Assembly: GCA_010356995.1 (NCBI GenBank)
Contig: ML996693.1
Coordinates: 496,001-560,000 of the forward strand
Direction of reading: 5' to 3'
Source of the DNA: Trichodelitschia bisporula
Taxonomy: Eukaryota
DNA: 64,000 nt
Shown: piece after piece, positions 36,289-48,765 of the stretch
Position numbering within the stretch: position 1 is the stretch's first letter
Layout: every line of letters begins with the position of its first letter
The notes under the pieces: model-generated
Told to the model about the DNA's origin: nothing
Seen by the model: the letters and a program-made list of their open reading frames with translations, nothing else
Database searches by the model: none
Program-made: the position numbers and the translations under genes

Positions 36289-38493
36289 ATGGCCATCGAC
36301 GAAGAATCCCTCAAGCACTACCTCGCTGACAGCCCGCCCACTGTTGTGCCGCTGGGCATCAAGCCACACTTCGAGGCCCTCAGCGAGGAGGAGAAGCTCT
36401 ATGCTCACTACATCTCCGTGTAGGCTGATCCGTTGCCTGTCTTACACCGCTAATAGCTCCCCAGCGCCTGCTTCGCTGGCACCCGCATCGTGCTGCGCCA
36501 GGTGAGTCCTGAGGCGGAGTCGATCTACGACTTCATCATCACACTGCACAACGAGTTCAACGGAGACTGGGAGGAAGTCAAGAAGAAGGCGAGCGTGTCG
36601 GACGAGGACATCAAGGATTTCCTCGATTACGCGGCGCAGTTCTTGGGCAACACGGGCAACTACAAGTCCTTTGGGGACAGCAAGTTCGTGCCGCGCATCG
36701 GGGTCATTGCGCTCAAGGCCATTGCGTCCGCCACGCCCAAGACAATCCAGCTGTGGGAGCAGATCAAGGATGGCGTCTTTGCCAGCCGCGATATTGGGCT
36801 TATGCACCTCGGGTATCCCGATGCCGGCCATCTCAGCACCTATTACCCAGATAGTCCGGATATTACGAAGGAGGAAATCACGCTGCTGAGCGACTTCCTC
36901 GAGGCCAAGAAGCTGCTACCGGCGAACACACGGCTGCGCAAGACACCCGCGGGCTACGAGGTGCTCATTGCATCGGCGGAGAAGGCGCCCGCGGAGAGCG
37001 AGCGCGACATCCCGGTCAAGGAATGGGACTTGGAGGGTGCGCTGCGCGGCAAGAAGCTGTTCCTGACGTTCGGTGATTACAGCGCCGAAATGGCGAAGAT
37101 TGCCGATGCACTCGAGGAGGCGGGCAAGCATGCGGGGAATGAGACGGAGAAGCAGATGATGGAGGCGTATGTGAAGTCTTTCCGCACCGGTTCGCTTGAG
37201 GCCTACAAGCAGAGCCAGCGGTTCTGGATCCGTGACAAGGGGCCCATGGTTGAGAGCGATATTGGCTTCGTCGAGACGTACCGTGATCCGCATGGCATTC
37301 GTGGTGAGTGGGAGGGCTTCGTGGCGATGGTGAATAAGGAGCGGACGCGCGCTTTTGGCAATCTGGTTGAGGCGGCGCCGTCGCTGATTCCTAAGTTGCC
37401 CTGGGATAAGGAATTTGAGAAGGACAAGTTCTTGAGCCCGGACTTTACGTCGCTGGAGGTGTTGACCTTTGCGGGAAGCGGGTATGTTTGGTTTTCCTGG
37501 TAGCTGCGTGACTGACTCCTTCGCAGCATCCCCGCTGGCATCAACATCCCCAACTACGATGATATCCGCCAGACGGAGGGCTTCAAGAATGTGTCGCTGG
37601 GGAATGTGCTCAGCGCGAAGGCGCCCAATGAGCCAGTGCCCTTTATCAAGTCTTCCGATCTGGAAGTCTACAACAAGAACCGCGACGTGGCGTTCGAAGT
37701 ACAAGTCGGGCTCCACGAGCTCCTCGGCCACGGCTGCGGCAAGCTTCTCCAAGAAACCGCGCCGGGCCAGTACAACTTCGACCACGAGCACCCACCCACC
37801 AACCCACTCACAGGGAAGCCCGTGACGTCATGGTACAAGCCGGGCCAGACCTGGGGCAGCGTCTTCGGCCCCGTAGCCGCGAGCTACGAAGAGTGCCGCG
37901 CCGAATGCGTCGCCATGGCGCTCAGCTGCGACTTCAGCGTCCTGCAGATCTTCGGGCTCGGCGATGGGACTGAGGATATCAACGGCCCGGCCGGCGACGT
38001 GCTGTACGCGAGCTACCTCAGCATGGCGCGGGCCGGCATCGCAGCGCTCGAGTTCTGGGACCCGAAGAGTCGGAAGTGGGGCCAGGCGCACATGCAGGCG
38101 CGCTACAGCATCTTGCGCACGTTCCTTGCTGCTGGGCCGGAGTTTGCGAGTCTGGATTTTGAGAAGAGTGATTTGAGTGATTTGACGGTGCGGATTGAGC
38201 GCGGGAAGATTTTGGAGCTGGGGAGACCGGCGGTCGAGAAGTATCTCCAGCAGTTGCATGTGCTTAAGGCGACGGCGGATGTGGTGGAGGGGGCGAGAGT
38301 GTATAATCAGATTACGGGCGTGGATGAATTTTTTGCGGAGAAGGTGAGGCCGGCGGTGCTGGCGAAGAAGATCCCGAGGAAGGTTTTTGTGCAGGCGAAT
38401 ACGGTGGTTGAGGATGGGAAGGTGGGCCTGCGTGAGTATGAGGCGACGCCGCAGGGGATGATTCGCAGCTATGCGGAGAGGACGTATATCTGA
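36289..38493 (+). CDS. DPP3: Dipeptidyl peptidase III (M49 zinc metallopeptidase), 2 introns
   Basis: HELLGHG and EECRAE catalytic motifs, GNYKSFGDSKF, ETYRDPHG, GIPAGINIPNYDDIRQ and WGQAHMQAR. Introns 36420-36464 and 37482-37526. Confidence 0.96.
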
Positions 38494-39145
38494 TTTGTCT
38501 GGCCGAGATTGGAGGCATACTTCCGTATTTTGCAAGTAAAAGAGAGAGTTCTGAGCCTAAAACGTCAGTGCTGACATGACATCATGAGCCGCGAGCATCC
38601 GCAGTGAAGGGTAATTAACGCAAGGCTGGAATGCTATTTCGCATGCTGATGGACGGAGGGGAGGAAGAGAAGCCGAACACAATTCCCGCAACTCAGCAAC
38701 AACAGCAACGCTGCAGTGTTCCTGCACATGCTCCCCCCACATCCGGCAAGTACCGGTCGCCACAAGGCCTCCCACTAGCGCCCGGCTTAGGTTCAATTGG
38801 CGCGCGGGGTCGCGCAAGGCCGCCCCTCCCCGCACGAGAAACCAGGCGTTCGGCGATCCATTCCCGGGTAATTTGCTCATTAAGCGAGGAGGGGGCGAAC
38901 GGGGAAGCTGAGACATTACAGAGAAGTACAAATGAGCATTAATTCCCCGCTTGTTGGTCTTTGTTGTGACTTCTGCGATTTTTGTGCCTGTTCCTGAACC
39001 GAGTGTCGAGATCTCGTATCGAGCCTTGTATCCGATCTTGCGACCCTGCAAGGCTGAGAGCTAAGCTAGCATCGCGTTCGCGACGACGACACTCATGATG
39101 GCGGGAAGCAACACCACCAGCACTGCCATCCCGGCGTCAAGCAAG

Positions 39146-40457
39146 ATGTCGTTCTCCGCTCCCAGCGCCCCCATCCTCATCTCCGCTCTCCTAGGCTACA
39201 TCCTCCTCGTCCGGCTCCTGCGCTACCGCGCCCTCGCCGCCCTCCACCGCGACTACCCGTACAAGACACGCGCCTCGCTCGCCACCATGACCAACGCAGA
39301 CGCAACCAAGATCCAAGCCACAGTCTTCGAAACCGAGTTTCCGTTCACAGCCGAGAAGGCGCTGCAGTTCGCGCTGTTTAAGACGTATGGCATACCGAGT
39401 ATATCCAAGGTCCTGGTTAAGACGGGGCAGTTTGCGGGAAAGATGGCGAGTCGGCGGTTCGCGGATACGGAGGTCTTGATCAGCGAGTTTACGGCGTGGG
39501 CACCGGACTCGGACCGCGCGACGGAGGCGATTGCGCGGATGAATTACCTGCATAAGTACGTCCCCCAGTCGCCCGTGGGCATACCCGCTAATTCAGCGCA
39601 AGTTTGTACCGAAAATCCGGCCTCATCACCGACGACGACTTGCTGTACACCCTCGCGCTCTTCGCACTCGAGCCCAAGCGCTGGATCGCGCGCTACGAGT
39701 GGCGGAAAATGAGCGACATTGAGCTCGCGGCCTTGTACGTAGCGCCATCCACCCTGCCCCTCAAATTGAACCCTTGTTCCTAACCCCCCCTCCCCACAGC
39801 GGCACCTTCTGGCACGCCCTCGGCGTCGCCATGTCCATCCCCACCACCGCCCTCGGCCCCTTCGAAGACGGACTCTCCTACCTCGACGCCATCGAAAAAT
39901 GGTCTGACGACTACGAAGCCCGCACGATGGTCCACCATCCCAACAACCAAATCGCAGGCGACGCGACCGCCGCGCTGCTTTTGTGGGATGTGCCGCACTT
40001 TCTGCACGGATTCGGGAGGCAGGTTGTTGCTGCGCTGATGGACGAGCGCTTGCGCCTGGCGATGGGGTTCGAGAAGCCCCCGCGCTGGGTGGCGGGGTTG
40101 GTGCATGGGGGGCTCCTGGTGCGGAAGTATGCGATAAGGTATTTGGCGTTGCCGAGGCCGTATGTGCTGCGGAGACGGACGGTGGAGGATGAACCGGGGA
40201 GGGATGGGAGATTGCATCGCGTGGCGTATGAGAGTGAGCCGTGGTATGTGGATGATGGGTTTGTGAGTCGGTGGGGGCCGCAGGCGTTGGTTAAGAGGCT
40301 TATGGGACGGCCGGTGCCGGGGAAGGAGTGGCAGCCGCAGGGGTATTTGCTGAGGGAGGTTGGGCCGGAGAAGTTGGTTGGGAAGGGGGTGAAGGAGGTT
40401 TTGAGTGAGAAGGAGAGGTTGATGAGGGCGGGGAGGGTGGGGTGTCCGTTCCGGTGA
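39146..40457 (+). CDS. ER-bound oxygenase MpaB / rubber-oxygenase-like (DUF2236) protein, 2 introns; alternative in-frame start at 39095
   Basis: N-terminal TM helix followed by LRYR, EFPF..ALQFALFKTYGIPSISK, RRFADT, AIARMNYLH, DDLLYTLALF..WIARYEWR, GTFW..LG.AM.I and C-terminal GCPF. Introns 39556-39602 and 39735-39799. Confidence 0.88.
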
Positions 40458-40590
40458 GGGGCTGAAGGTTGATAATAAGGTGTCCCGGGTAATATATCGG
40501 ATAGACCCGTATGCCGTAGTTCTCGTGATTCGGCATACAGCGCTGGTTTACGCGCCGATATCCGGCCTTCCCGCACCGTTCTCGGCCCGG

Positions 40591-41445
40591 CTACCGAAAC
40601 CACCAGTTGACCGAAGCATTAATCCCTTCCCCCACGCCCCGGACGCTATGCCACCACCCCAGTGGAATGTACAGCGCATCGCCGGCCTCAAGCTGTGCCT
40701 CGAACCCCTCAACCACCCCGTCCCATCCCCCGTCTCCCCCCTGCTCCTTCCACGCTCCCCAAATCCACCCCTCGACTCCTTCCCCCTCCTTCCCCTCCCC
40801 CATCAAGTTCCCCCGCACCCGTCCCCTCCCGCCAAACACAGCCGCATGCACCCAATCCCCAACATGCGGCGCCAACAAACGCACTACCTTCCTCCCTGCA
40901 ATCTGTACCAAAAGATTCGGATTCGGATCGCGATGAAGCGGCGTCCGGGTGGGTGGGATGCCGAGCCACAGCGATGACCCATAGACATCGCCCTTCCCTA
41001 CCTCAGACAACAGCGGCGGGGTCGGGATATCGGCAGCCAAGGACGGGGGGAGGGAAATAAGCGGCGTTTGCGCTATGTAGAGTTGGTCTTGGGAATTAGG
41101 GGGGGTGGAGGAGAGCGCGGCTGCAGCCCATGTATTGAAGAGACTGAAGGGGGCGAGGGCGCTGGTGAAGCCGCCTGGCGTGGTGCGCTCGAGGTTTACG
41201 GAGAAGGAGGCGTGGGAGGGGGAGGCGGTAAGGTAGGGGGAGAGTTGTAGGCCCAAGTGCGGGGGTTCGCGGGGGACGAACCATTTCTGGCTGAGAGGGA
41301 GGGGCGCGCAGAGTTGCGAGAGAGGGAAGAGGGTTGGTGTCCCGGGGGCGATATGTGCGGTGCGGAGGTGCGTGGGGGAGAGGGGGTGGAGGGTGCGGAG
41401 GGGGGTTATGCGGAGGGGGAGGGTGCGGAGGGGGAGGGGGAGCAT
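40591..41445 (-). CDS. JmjC / cupin-8 Fe(II)/2-oxoglutarate oxygenase with probable mitochondrial presequence
   Basis: YIAQ, GDVYGSSLWLG, TPLHRDPNPN (HxD), QIAGRKVVRL, LEAGDALYIPLGWWHSV (distal His) and SVNWWFR. The N-terminus is Arg/Leu/Thr-rich and lacks acidic residues. Confidence 0.88.
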   Translation of the reverse strand: MLPLPLRTLPLRITPLRTLHPLSPTHLRTAHIAPGTPTLFPLSQLCAPLPLSQKWFVPREPPHLGLQLSPYLTASPSHASFSVNLERTTPGGFTSALAPFSLFNTWAAAALSSTPPNSQDQLYIAQTPLISLPPSLAADIPTPPLLSEVGKGDVYGSSLWLGIPPTRTPLHRDPNPNLLVQIAGRKVVRLLAPHVGDWVHAAVFGGRGRVRGNLMGEGKEGEGVEGWIWGAWKEQGGDGGWDGVVEGFEAQLEAGDALYIPLGWWHSVRGVGEGINASVNWWFR

Positions 41446-42171
41446 GGTTGGGGAGTAGAGTTGGCGGGGAAGAGGGCGGAGCGGTGAGGATCGTCGTTTT
41501 TTGAGGGTGGTGGTCGAGTTAGGCGTTGAATTTGGGGTGCAGTGCGGGTGGAGGGATGCGGAGCGGATGCAGGTACCGCCGCGTGGGGTTGACTAGGGGT
41601 GGGAGACTAGTTTGATGTGGCTTCTGTTGGCGACATCGGGTTGAGGTTGGACAGATGTCGGGTTCTCCAGGATGAGGATGGGATGGTCGGTGCTGTGAAG
41701 AGAGATATCGCATGTCATGCTCGATCCGTTGTTGTACTGCGGGTTGCCGATACAAAGATTTTCGGGACAGGTGTTGTGGGGAAGGAGATATCAAATACAT
41801 TTCTGGCTCAGCCGACTGGTTGACTTCACCATTTCCGAAACTGTTCCGGTTCGCAATCCAACGGCAGTCCGTCGGCTTAATTCTCTATGCCGACACGGAA
41901 GCCATCTTAACAAGCAGCCATCTCACACTCTAAAGTCCCCTCGGGCCACAAACCGCAGTCTGACCTCCTCTGTCCAACCGGCCCGACCGTTAGGCCTCCC
42001 GGGACGCCAGGACCGGCCCGCCCCACCGCTCTCTTCGGTCCCATAAAACAGCTTCCCGTCGCCAAGAGCAGGAGCTCCCGCGAGCTGGCAGCTCTCTTAT
42101 TGCTCCGCAAAGTGTAACTCATGACGTGGGCGGATGCGACCGGAGGATGGGTGGGGCGGTGCATGCTGGGC

Positions 42172-42198
42172 TGGTGTTGGTGTTGGTGTTGGTGTTGG
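42172..42198. repeat. (TGGTGT)n microsatellite
   Basis: About 4.5 tandem TGGTGT units. Confidence 0.8.
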
Positions 42199-42491
42199 CG
42201 TGTTGCTAGTTCCAGTGTTGCTGCTGCCGCTGACTGCTTGCGATGCTTTCATGCGGTGGGATCGCTGCATACCCAGCTCAACGCTCCAGCGATAGATCCA
42301 AGGCGAGTTGCTGCGCCTGCACCTCGCCGCCTCTCCCGGCGTGGCTGAGACGAAGTGCAAAGCAAAGGCATTGGGGCGACTCGAAATGCGGACGGGAAAC
42401 AAAGAACTCGAGTCGAGTCGGGTGGCCAACAGCACTCTAGCTGCGGACAGCAGATTAAGGACAGGGCGCGTGAGAGAGAAAAGGCCCAGAA

Positions 42492-42573
42492 TACGTGTCT
42501 ACTCTTCACGTTAGTAACCCGCTAGAATAGAAGGAGTAGTGAAGATGCGGCTCGTGAAGTTGGTTTGTACGTG
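42492..42573 (+). promoter_or_regulatory. Candidate UPR elements (TACGTG x2) upstream of ERV29
   Basis: TACGTG (yeast UPRE-2 core) at 42492 and 42568, with TGACGTGG at 42122. ERV29 is a Hac1 target in yeast. Function here is inferred. Confidence 0.35.
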
Positions 42574-42810
42574 ACTTATTGCTTGTGGTACTGTACATAG
42601 CAACCCCCCTCCCCCCCGCCCCAAGCACAAGCCCGCACGCGTTCCAAACCTTCTTTCAGGCCACATTTCACCTCAACCTCCAGCTTGCCTACAACCCCAC
42701 ATACTTCACCACCCATACTTCACCAACCACATCACCTCGCTTCTTCTCCCCCGCTCTCCCCCGCGCTCTAAATACACCCATCGCCCTCATTCTCCTATAC
42801 CTTCACCACA

Positions 42811-43964
42811 ATGGCCCAAATACGGGGTACCGCCGGCTACCACCTGGGCAACCAGAGCCCCTTCGGTGGCCCCGGCATGAGCGAAGCTACGAACGATCCC
42901 AGTCCCCTCGATGCTATCCGCGAGCAGACGAGCAAGATTGAAGACTTTCTTGATACCGTGTCCGATCCCTTGAAGCCGTACGTCTCCTCTGCTGCTGTTC
43001 CCGTCTCGGGAGCCGAGTGGGGTTGTGAAAGCTGACAGCGGCTCGCGACCCAGTTACCTCCCCGCAATCGGACGTTTCCTCATTGTCGTAACCTTCCTCG
43101 AAGATGCACTCCGCATAGTGACTCAATGGAGCGATCAGCTCCTGTACCTGCACGACTACCGCCACAGTGAGTTTCACGCCGACCTCTAACTACAATCACT
43201 ACGAAAGGACCCCGCTAACCGCCGCTCCAGTCCCCCGCGGCATCACGCACATCTTCCTCATTGTCAATGTCATCGTCATGACCGCCTCCTCCATCATGAT
43301 CATCGGACGCAAACACTCCGAGTACGCCGTGAGCGGCCTCCTAGGCGTAGTGGTAACACAAGCACTGGGCTACGGTCTCATCTTCGACCTCAACTTCTTC
43401 CTGCGCAACCTGTCCGTCGTCGGCGGGCTGCTCATGGTGCTGTCGGACTCATGGGTGCGCAAGCGCTTCACCCCAGCTGGGCTGCCGCAGCTCGATGAGA
43501 AGGACCGCAAGATGTATATCCAGCTAGCCGGTCGCGTGCTCCTTATCTTCCTCTTCGTTGGCTTTGTCTTTGCTGGCGAGTGGAGCATCTGGCGCGTTGT
43601 GGTCTCGATGCTCGGCTTTGTGGCGTGTGTTATGGTAGTGGTTGGGTTTAAGGCCAAGTTCAGCGCTGTGATGCTTGTGTTGATTCTGAGCATTTTCAAC
43701 CTGCTGGTTAACAACTTCTGGACAGTGAGTTTCCTTTGTGCTTGCTGGACGGCCCTTGCTGACGAGAGAAATAGCTTCACCCGCACCACCCGCACAAGGA
43801 CTTCGCCAAGTACGACTTTTTCCAGATCCTATCTATTGTGTATGCGCTCCCTTTCGCTGTCAACCTGGACTCTTTACTAACCTTCTCCCAGTGGCGGCCT
43901 CCTCCTCTTGGTCAACATGGGCCCCGGCACGATCAGCGTGGACGAGAAGAAGAAGGTGTATTAA
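42811..43964 (+). CDS. ERV29: ER cargo receptor Erv29 / SURF4, 4 introns
   Basis: KPYLPAIGRFLIVVTFLEDALRI..QWSDQL, FFLRNLSVVGGLLM, KDFAKYDFFQ and the di-lysine tail DEKKKVY*. Introns 42978-43053, 43167-43230, 43725-43774 and 43840-43891. Confidence 0.96.
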
Positions 43965-44085
43965 GCTGGTGGAAAGGCGACGGGGGAGTTGGTGTGCAAG
44001 CAGACCACGACCACAGGATGATGGATGCGGTAGCGAAATAGGAGGGGGGGGCGGGGCATTTACGTCAAAAATCAATCTCACACCT

Positions 44086-44106
44086 ACACACACACACACA
44101 CACACG
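44086..44106. repeat. (CA)n microsatellite in the ERV29 3' region
   Basis: About 10 AC units. Confidence 0.85.
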
Positions 44107-44391
44107 AGTTTCATGGAGTTTTTCACGCGGGAATCTGCTCGGGGCGCCTCTTGTACATTATCAAAAGGCAATTCTTTTTGACTACTTATGGCCCGATGAA
44201 TGCTTGCTTTTTTTTATGGTGACCGGTGTGCACGTGGGTTAGGGACCAGATATCTGGGCGCGGGGTCGTGACGTCTGGTGCTCAACTACAGCTCTTGGGA
44301 TCTTTCATATCTATTTTCAAGTATGATTCAAGTGCGGACAGTCCATTGCAACCTGCTAACAATGTTGTAGTCCCTGATACTCGCCGCGAAC

Positions 44392-45952
44392 ATGGCCCGA
44401 CATCGTGTCATTATCGACACTGATCCCGTAGGCCATCCTACCGTTTCTCTCAACTTGCTAACCCGATTAAGGGTGTCGACGATGTCCTCGCCCTGCTGCT
44501 GGCGCTGTCGGCACGCGCCGAGGACATCGAGGTGCTGCTCGTATCGGTGACGTTTGGCAACATCGACGTGCAGAGGTCCTTTCCCCCTCTATCATCTGCC
44601 TCCCCGAGCTAGTTCTAAACGCCCCCCAGCGCCCTCCGCAACGTCATCGCGACCTTCCATCTCGTCGGCCGCGAAATGGCCTGGCGTAAAGCCCAGGGAC
44701 GCGAGGAGGGGTTCGGCGCCCTGAGGGCGTGCAAGCCGCTCGTCGCGGTCGGTGCGGACGCGCCGCTGGCCGATCCCCTTGTCATGGCGGTGCGTAGCGG
44801 GCCTCTCACGCGCGGCACGGCTCATGTCCCGGCAGGAGTATTTCCACGGCATCGATGGGCTGGGCGGCGTGCACACATCGGTGCGTTGCCGCGGGATGGG
44901 ATGGGGGGCCGTGGCTGACTGAGTAGCACCCGCATCTTGCGCCGCCGAATGGCTGGCAGGCACGGTTTCCGCAGCTCCAAGTCCAGGAAGCGACGGACAC
45001 TTTACCAGCAACCACCGAACCCGCAGGCTCCTCCCCGCCCGAGGAGCTCTATACGCCCTCGCCCCTCCCCGCCCACCGAGCTATCCTCGACATCCTGGCC
45101 GCCAACCCGCCCGGCACAATCACCATCCTCGCCCTCGCGCCGCAGACTACGCTCGCCAAAGCCGCGGCCGCTGATCCAACGACTTTCATGCGTGCGAAAG
45201 AGGTCGTGGCTATGGCGGGCGCGCTGGGCGTGCCGGGGAACGTGACGCCCGTGGCTGGTGTGTCCCCTGGCTTGTGGTAGTGAAGCGAGGGTCAGGTAGC
45301 TGATGTGGGCAGAGTTTAATGCTTTCGCTGATCCCGTGGCTGCGGCGCGGGTGCTCGCGCTTACGGCGCGCGATCCGGCGCGCACCATGCCGCCCGATGT
45401 GCCCGGCGGGCTGGGGCCGTATCAGGCGGGTTTGAAGGGGAGGCTGGATGTTGTGCTTTTCCCGCTTGGTGGGTGGTGGCACAATTCTCGACCTGCCGAG
45501 CTGACCGGGTAGATATAACCACGCCGCACGTCCTCCTCCCCACCACATTCTCGGCCCTAATCGCGCCGTCCGTAGCCGCCGGCTCGCCGCTCGCCACGTG
45601 GGTAGCCGCGTTTATGGTAGCGTTGTATAAGACGATTGCGAGGCTGGAGGGTGAGGGCGAGGGGTTAGGCCTGCATGATCCGCTTGTTGTGGGATACTTG
45701 CTCCCCGGGGTGGGGGAGGGGATTGAGGTTGGTCCCACGGATGTGAGGGTTGAGACGGGGGGGCAGTGGACGAGGGGGATGACGGTGTCGGATCGACGGC
45801 CGAGGGTTAGGGAGGAGGGGGGGGAGGTGGTGGGGGATGAGGGGGGGTGGCTTGGGGGATTGGGGAATCGGGTTAGGGTTGCGGTGGGGAGTGGGGTTGT
45901 GGAGAGTTTTGGGGAGGGGATGGTTAGAAGAATTTTGGGGATCGAAGGATGA
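44392..45952 (+). CDS. Inosine/uridine-preferring nucleoside hydrolase, 6 coding introns plus a 5'UTR intron (44321-44370)
   Basis: The spliced product gives IIDTDPGVDD, VTFGNID, FHGIDGLGG, PGNVTPVAEFN..DP.AAARV, FPLDITT, LHDPL and VRVETGGQWTRGMTVSDRR, the IU_nuc_hydro motifs. All exon phases are consistent. Confidence 0.9.
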
Positions 45953-46162
45953 TGGGGTTGGGGGTGTTTCCATGGCACATGTTGTCGGGCGTAGTTCAAG
46001 GGATGTTGTTCATTCTCCTCTACCCACACCCTCGTGGGGAGGTCTATTCGTCAACTTCATGCCGCTAAATACCCGAAATCCCAGCCCCATGAACACCATG
46101 AAGCCCCCGAAAAAAATGCCGCTAAATGCAATATCAAACACCGCTCATAAAAATCCGCATCC

Positions 46163-47635
46163 TCACCCCGAAAACTCCCCCACCGGAATCGGCACCAGCG
46201 GCTGGGCTGTAAACTGCTGCATTACTCTCGGAAAGAACGCAAATCGAATCGCACGTGCCTCTGGCGTCATATCCTCGACTTCGCGCTTCATCTTCGCAAT
46301 CTCGCGCAGCGTCTGCATGTGCACCGCGCAGAACTCACGCGCATCGTTGTACTCCTTCATCAAGACACGCATGTAAGCCATCCCACCCGCAGAAATCAGA
46401 TGGTCGGTGATCGGCACCTCGCGGTCGCGCTTGTACCATCCCACCGCCGCCACAAGCGGGTCAGAATGGAAATCGAGTTCGAAGAGCGGTCGCGGACCGA
46501 TAGTCTCAAAGTTTTCCAAGTCCGCCGGGCTCGGATCGTCGAAGCCGTCGGTGATGTCCCTATCGAGTTCCGGTCCCCATTGGGCGTCGGAATCGAGTTC
46601 CACGACCTTGAGCTTGAGGCATGGGTGCCAGGTGCGGATTTTGCGGACGACGGGTTGGAGGGTGCGGAAGGCGTTGAGCAGGCGCTGCACCGCGCCGATG
46701 TAGCTGATGGTCAGTTTTTTGAAGGGGTATTCGTGGAGGAGGGACCAGATCCAGGCGCGCAGGTCGGTAGCGTCGTCCTGGGTGAAGAGTTCCTGGTACT
46801 CGAGTTCGAAGTCAAGGTCTGAGGGTGGGGGGCCGAAGTGGCGTTCGCCGCGCATGGCGATGCTGAACGGGTCGACGAATTGGCCGTTGAGCAGCTGTGT
46901 CGAGACGCGGTCGATGAGAGGGAGGGAAATGTGGAAGTTTTGGATCATGGGGGGAACGGGACCGGTGCGTGATTCAGGGGGTAGAGTGCCATAGTGGTCG
47001 GTGTTCAGAAAAGCCGCTGTGACCTCCACCATTCGCTTTGCGTCGATGTTCTGAAAGCTGTCGTCGCCTTGCATGTTCATGTGAAAGGTGTTTTCCCGGT
47101 AGAACACCTCTGCGGCTTCGAGCGCGACGGGGCCAACGTGGTGCCAGCTCAAATACATCGCTTCATCCCGCGGCATGCATATGTGTATCTTGTTATCAAT
47201 AATCCGGGGCCAGACTTTGATCTCCTCGGACTTGACGTAGAGGTTGCGGTATACCATGTCTCTCAGTTCCCGCGGGAACTTCTGCATAAACCGCTCGGCC
47301 TCTAACCGCATGACCCTGGCAACTTTGGCGTGTCTTTCGCGCATGTCCTTCAGCCTGCAACCCGGTCAATATGCGTAACACCGCGTCGAGGACTAGACTC
47401 ACTTCTCTTCAACCATGCCTTGCTTCTTTGTGTTCCCAAGTCTATGGAATTGTGCTAATTGGGCTTCCAAAAAAGGGATTCTGATTACAAGTTAGGCTGC
47501 GCACGAGCGCATAAAGGCAACATTTACTTACTGCTCGTAGGAATAAAAGGTCACATCGATATGTTTAGAAGGAAATTCTGACGGATCAAGAGTGATTGCA
47601 CCCAAGAGGGTTACAAACTCGCACTCTTCCGCCAT
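46163..47635 (-). CDS. Lineage-specific hypothetical protein with F-box-like motif, 2 introns
   Basis: Exon MAEECEF.. and introns 47481-47531 and 47355-47402 join in frame to the 393-aa ORF. It contains FMQKFPRELRDMVYRNLY and EAAEVFYRENTF, motifs common in fungal F-box-like orphan families. Confidence 0.72.
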
Positions 47636-48765
47636 CCTTCCAAAGCAGGACTCGGTGTGTGGGAAATGAATAGAAACGGAGAGTGATGAAGATGAGAATG
47701 AAGGGTAAGGTAGAGGGAATCAGGCTGAAGTTGAAGTTGGGGGTTAGGCACCAAGTGGCTTGGCACTCGAATTCACGAAGGAGTCCGGGTTAGTTAGACA
47801 AGGTGCGAATGAATGAAGCAGTGATGTCGAGGAGCAACGAAGCTTTTAATCCTCTCGGACTTGAGTGCTAAGAGGAGCTTTTATGACTGCAGCGCCCTGG
47901 GGGGAGAGTCCGGGCGTGGCGCATGCATGAGCCGAACATCCATAGGAAGCGATAGGCCAAGGCCATACCTGCTCACCTTCAAGCATGGGGGGGAGGGGGG
48001 GCCGCAAGCCTGCGTGGCTGGAGCACCGTGGGCGTGGGCGGAGCCAAAGCTGGGGGAGAAGAGTGGGGAGCGGCTCACGAGCCACTTGTTCGACGCCATC
48101 TTGCCGCCAACGGAGACTCCATCCCACTGTAATCACAGGCAGACACGGCGGTCATGGAGACACCTTGCATGCGGTGTCCACTCTCTGCCATCGCCGGCGA
48201 GCCTTAGCATACGCAATGTAGTGATGGATACTAGGTCACTAAGTAAAATGTCTCGTCATTCGCTGTGACTCAACGTCCGATGGAAGAGAGGAAAGCTGGG
48301 AGAGAACTCACCAAAAGACTCCCATGGGGGGGATTTGAAGCTGGGGGAGACCGGTCAACATCACCGCCTCCCAGGTTCGCCTCAGCCACAGTCAAAAAGG
48401 TCAGCGGCGGAATGCGATGCCTGCCTGGGCAACACGGCATTGGCCTAGCTTATCTTGCACAGGCAGAATCCCAAGCAGGATCGGTTCACCCCGTTCAGTG
48501 CTGAAATCCGGAGTCTGATGTGGAAAATGGACATGATCTGAGCAACATGTCGAACCAACCTCGAGGAAGTCGAGACGTCGACTACTTGTATTTCAGCCTC
48601 AGGCATCAACAACCCGGGACCGGATTATCTTTTGAAGATGCAAGGCCTTGACCCTGGTCCAAAAATTATTCGCGCCTGCAAAGAGCGGAGAAAGTCGATT
48701 GCACCGCGCTGTATCAACCCTCCCGTCTCTTTGCACCTCACCCCAATTCCACTACTCCAGCAACC

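Noticed and set aside
44236..44244. Telomere-like GGGTTAGGG as a telomerase RNA template or interstitial telomere
   Set aside because: Only 1.5 units in a ~400-bp intergenic space, too small for a filamentous-fungal TER. Similar words occur by chance in G-rich CDS ends.
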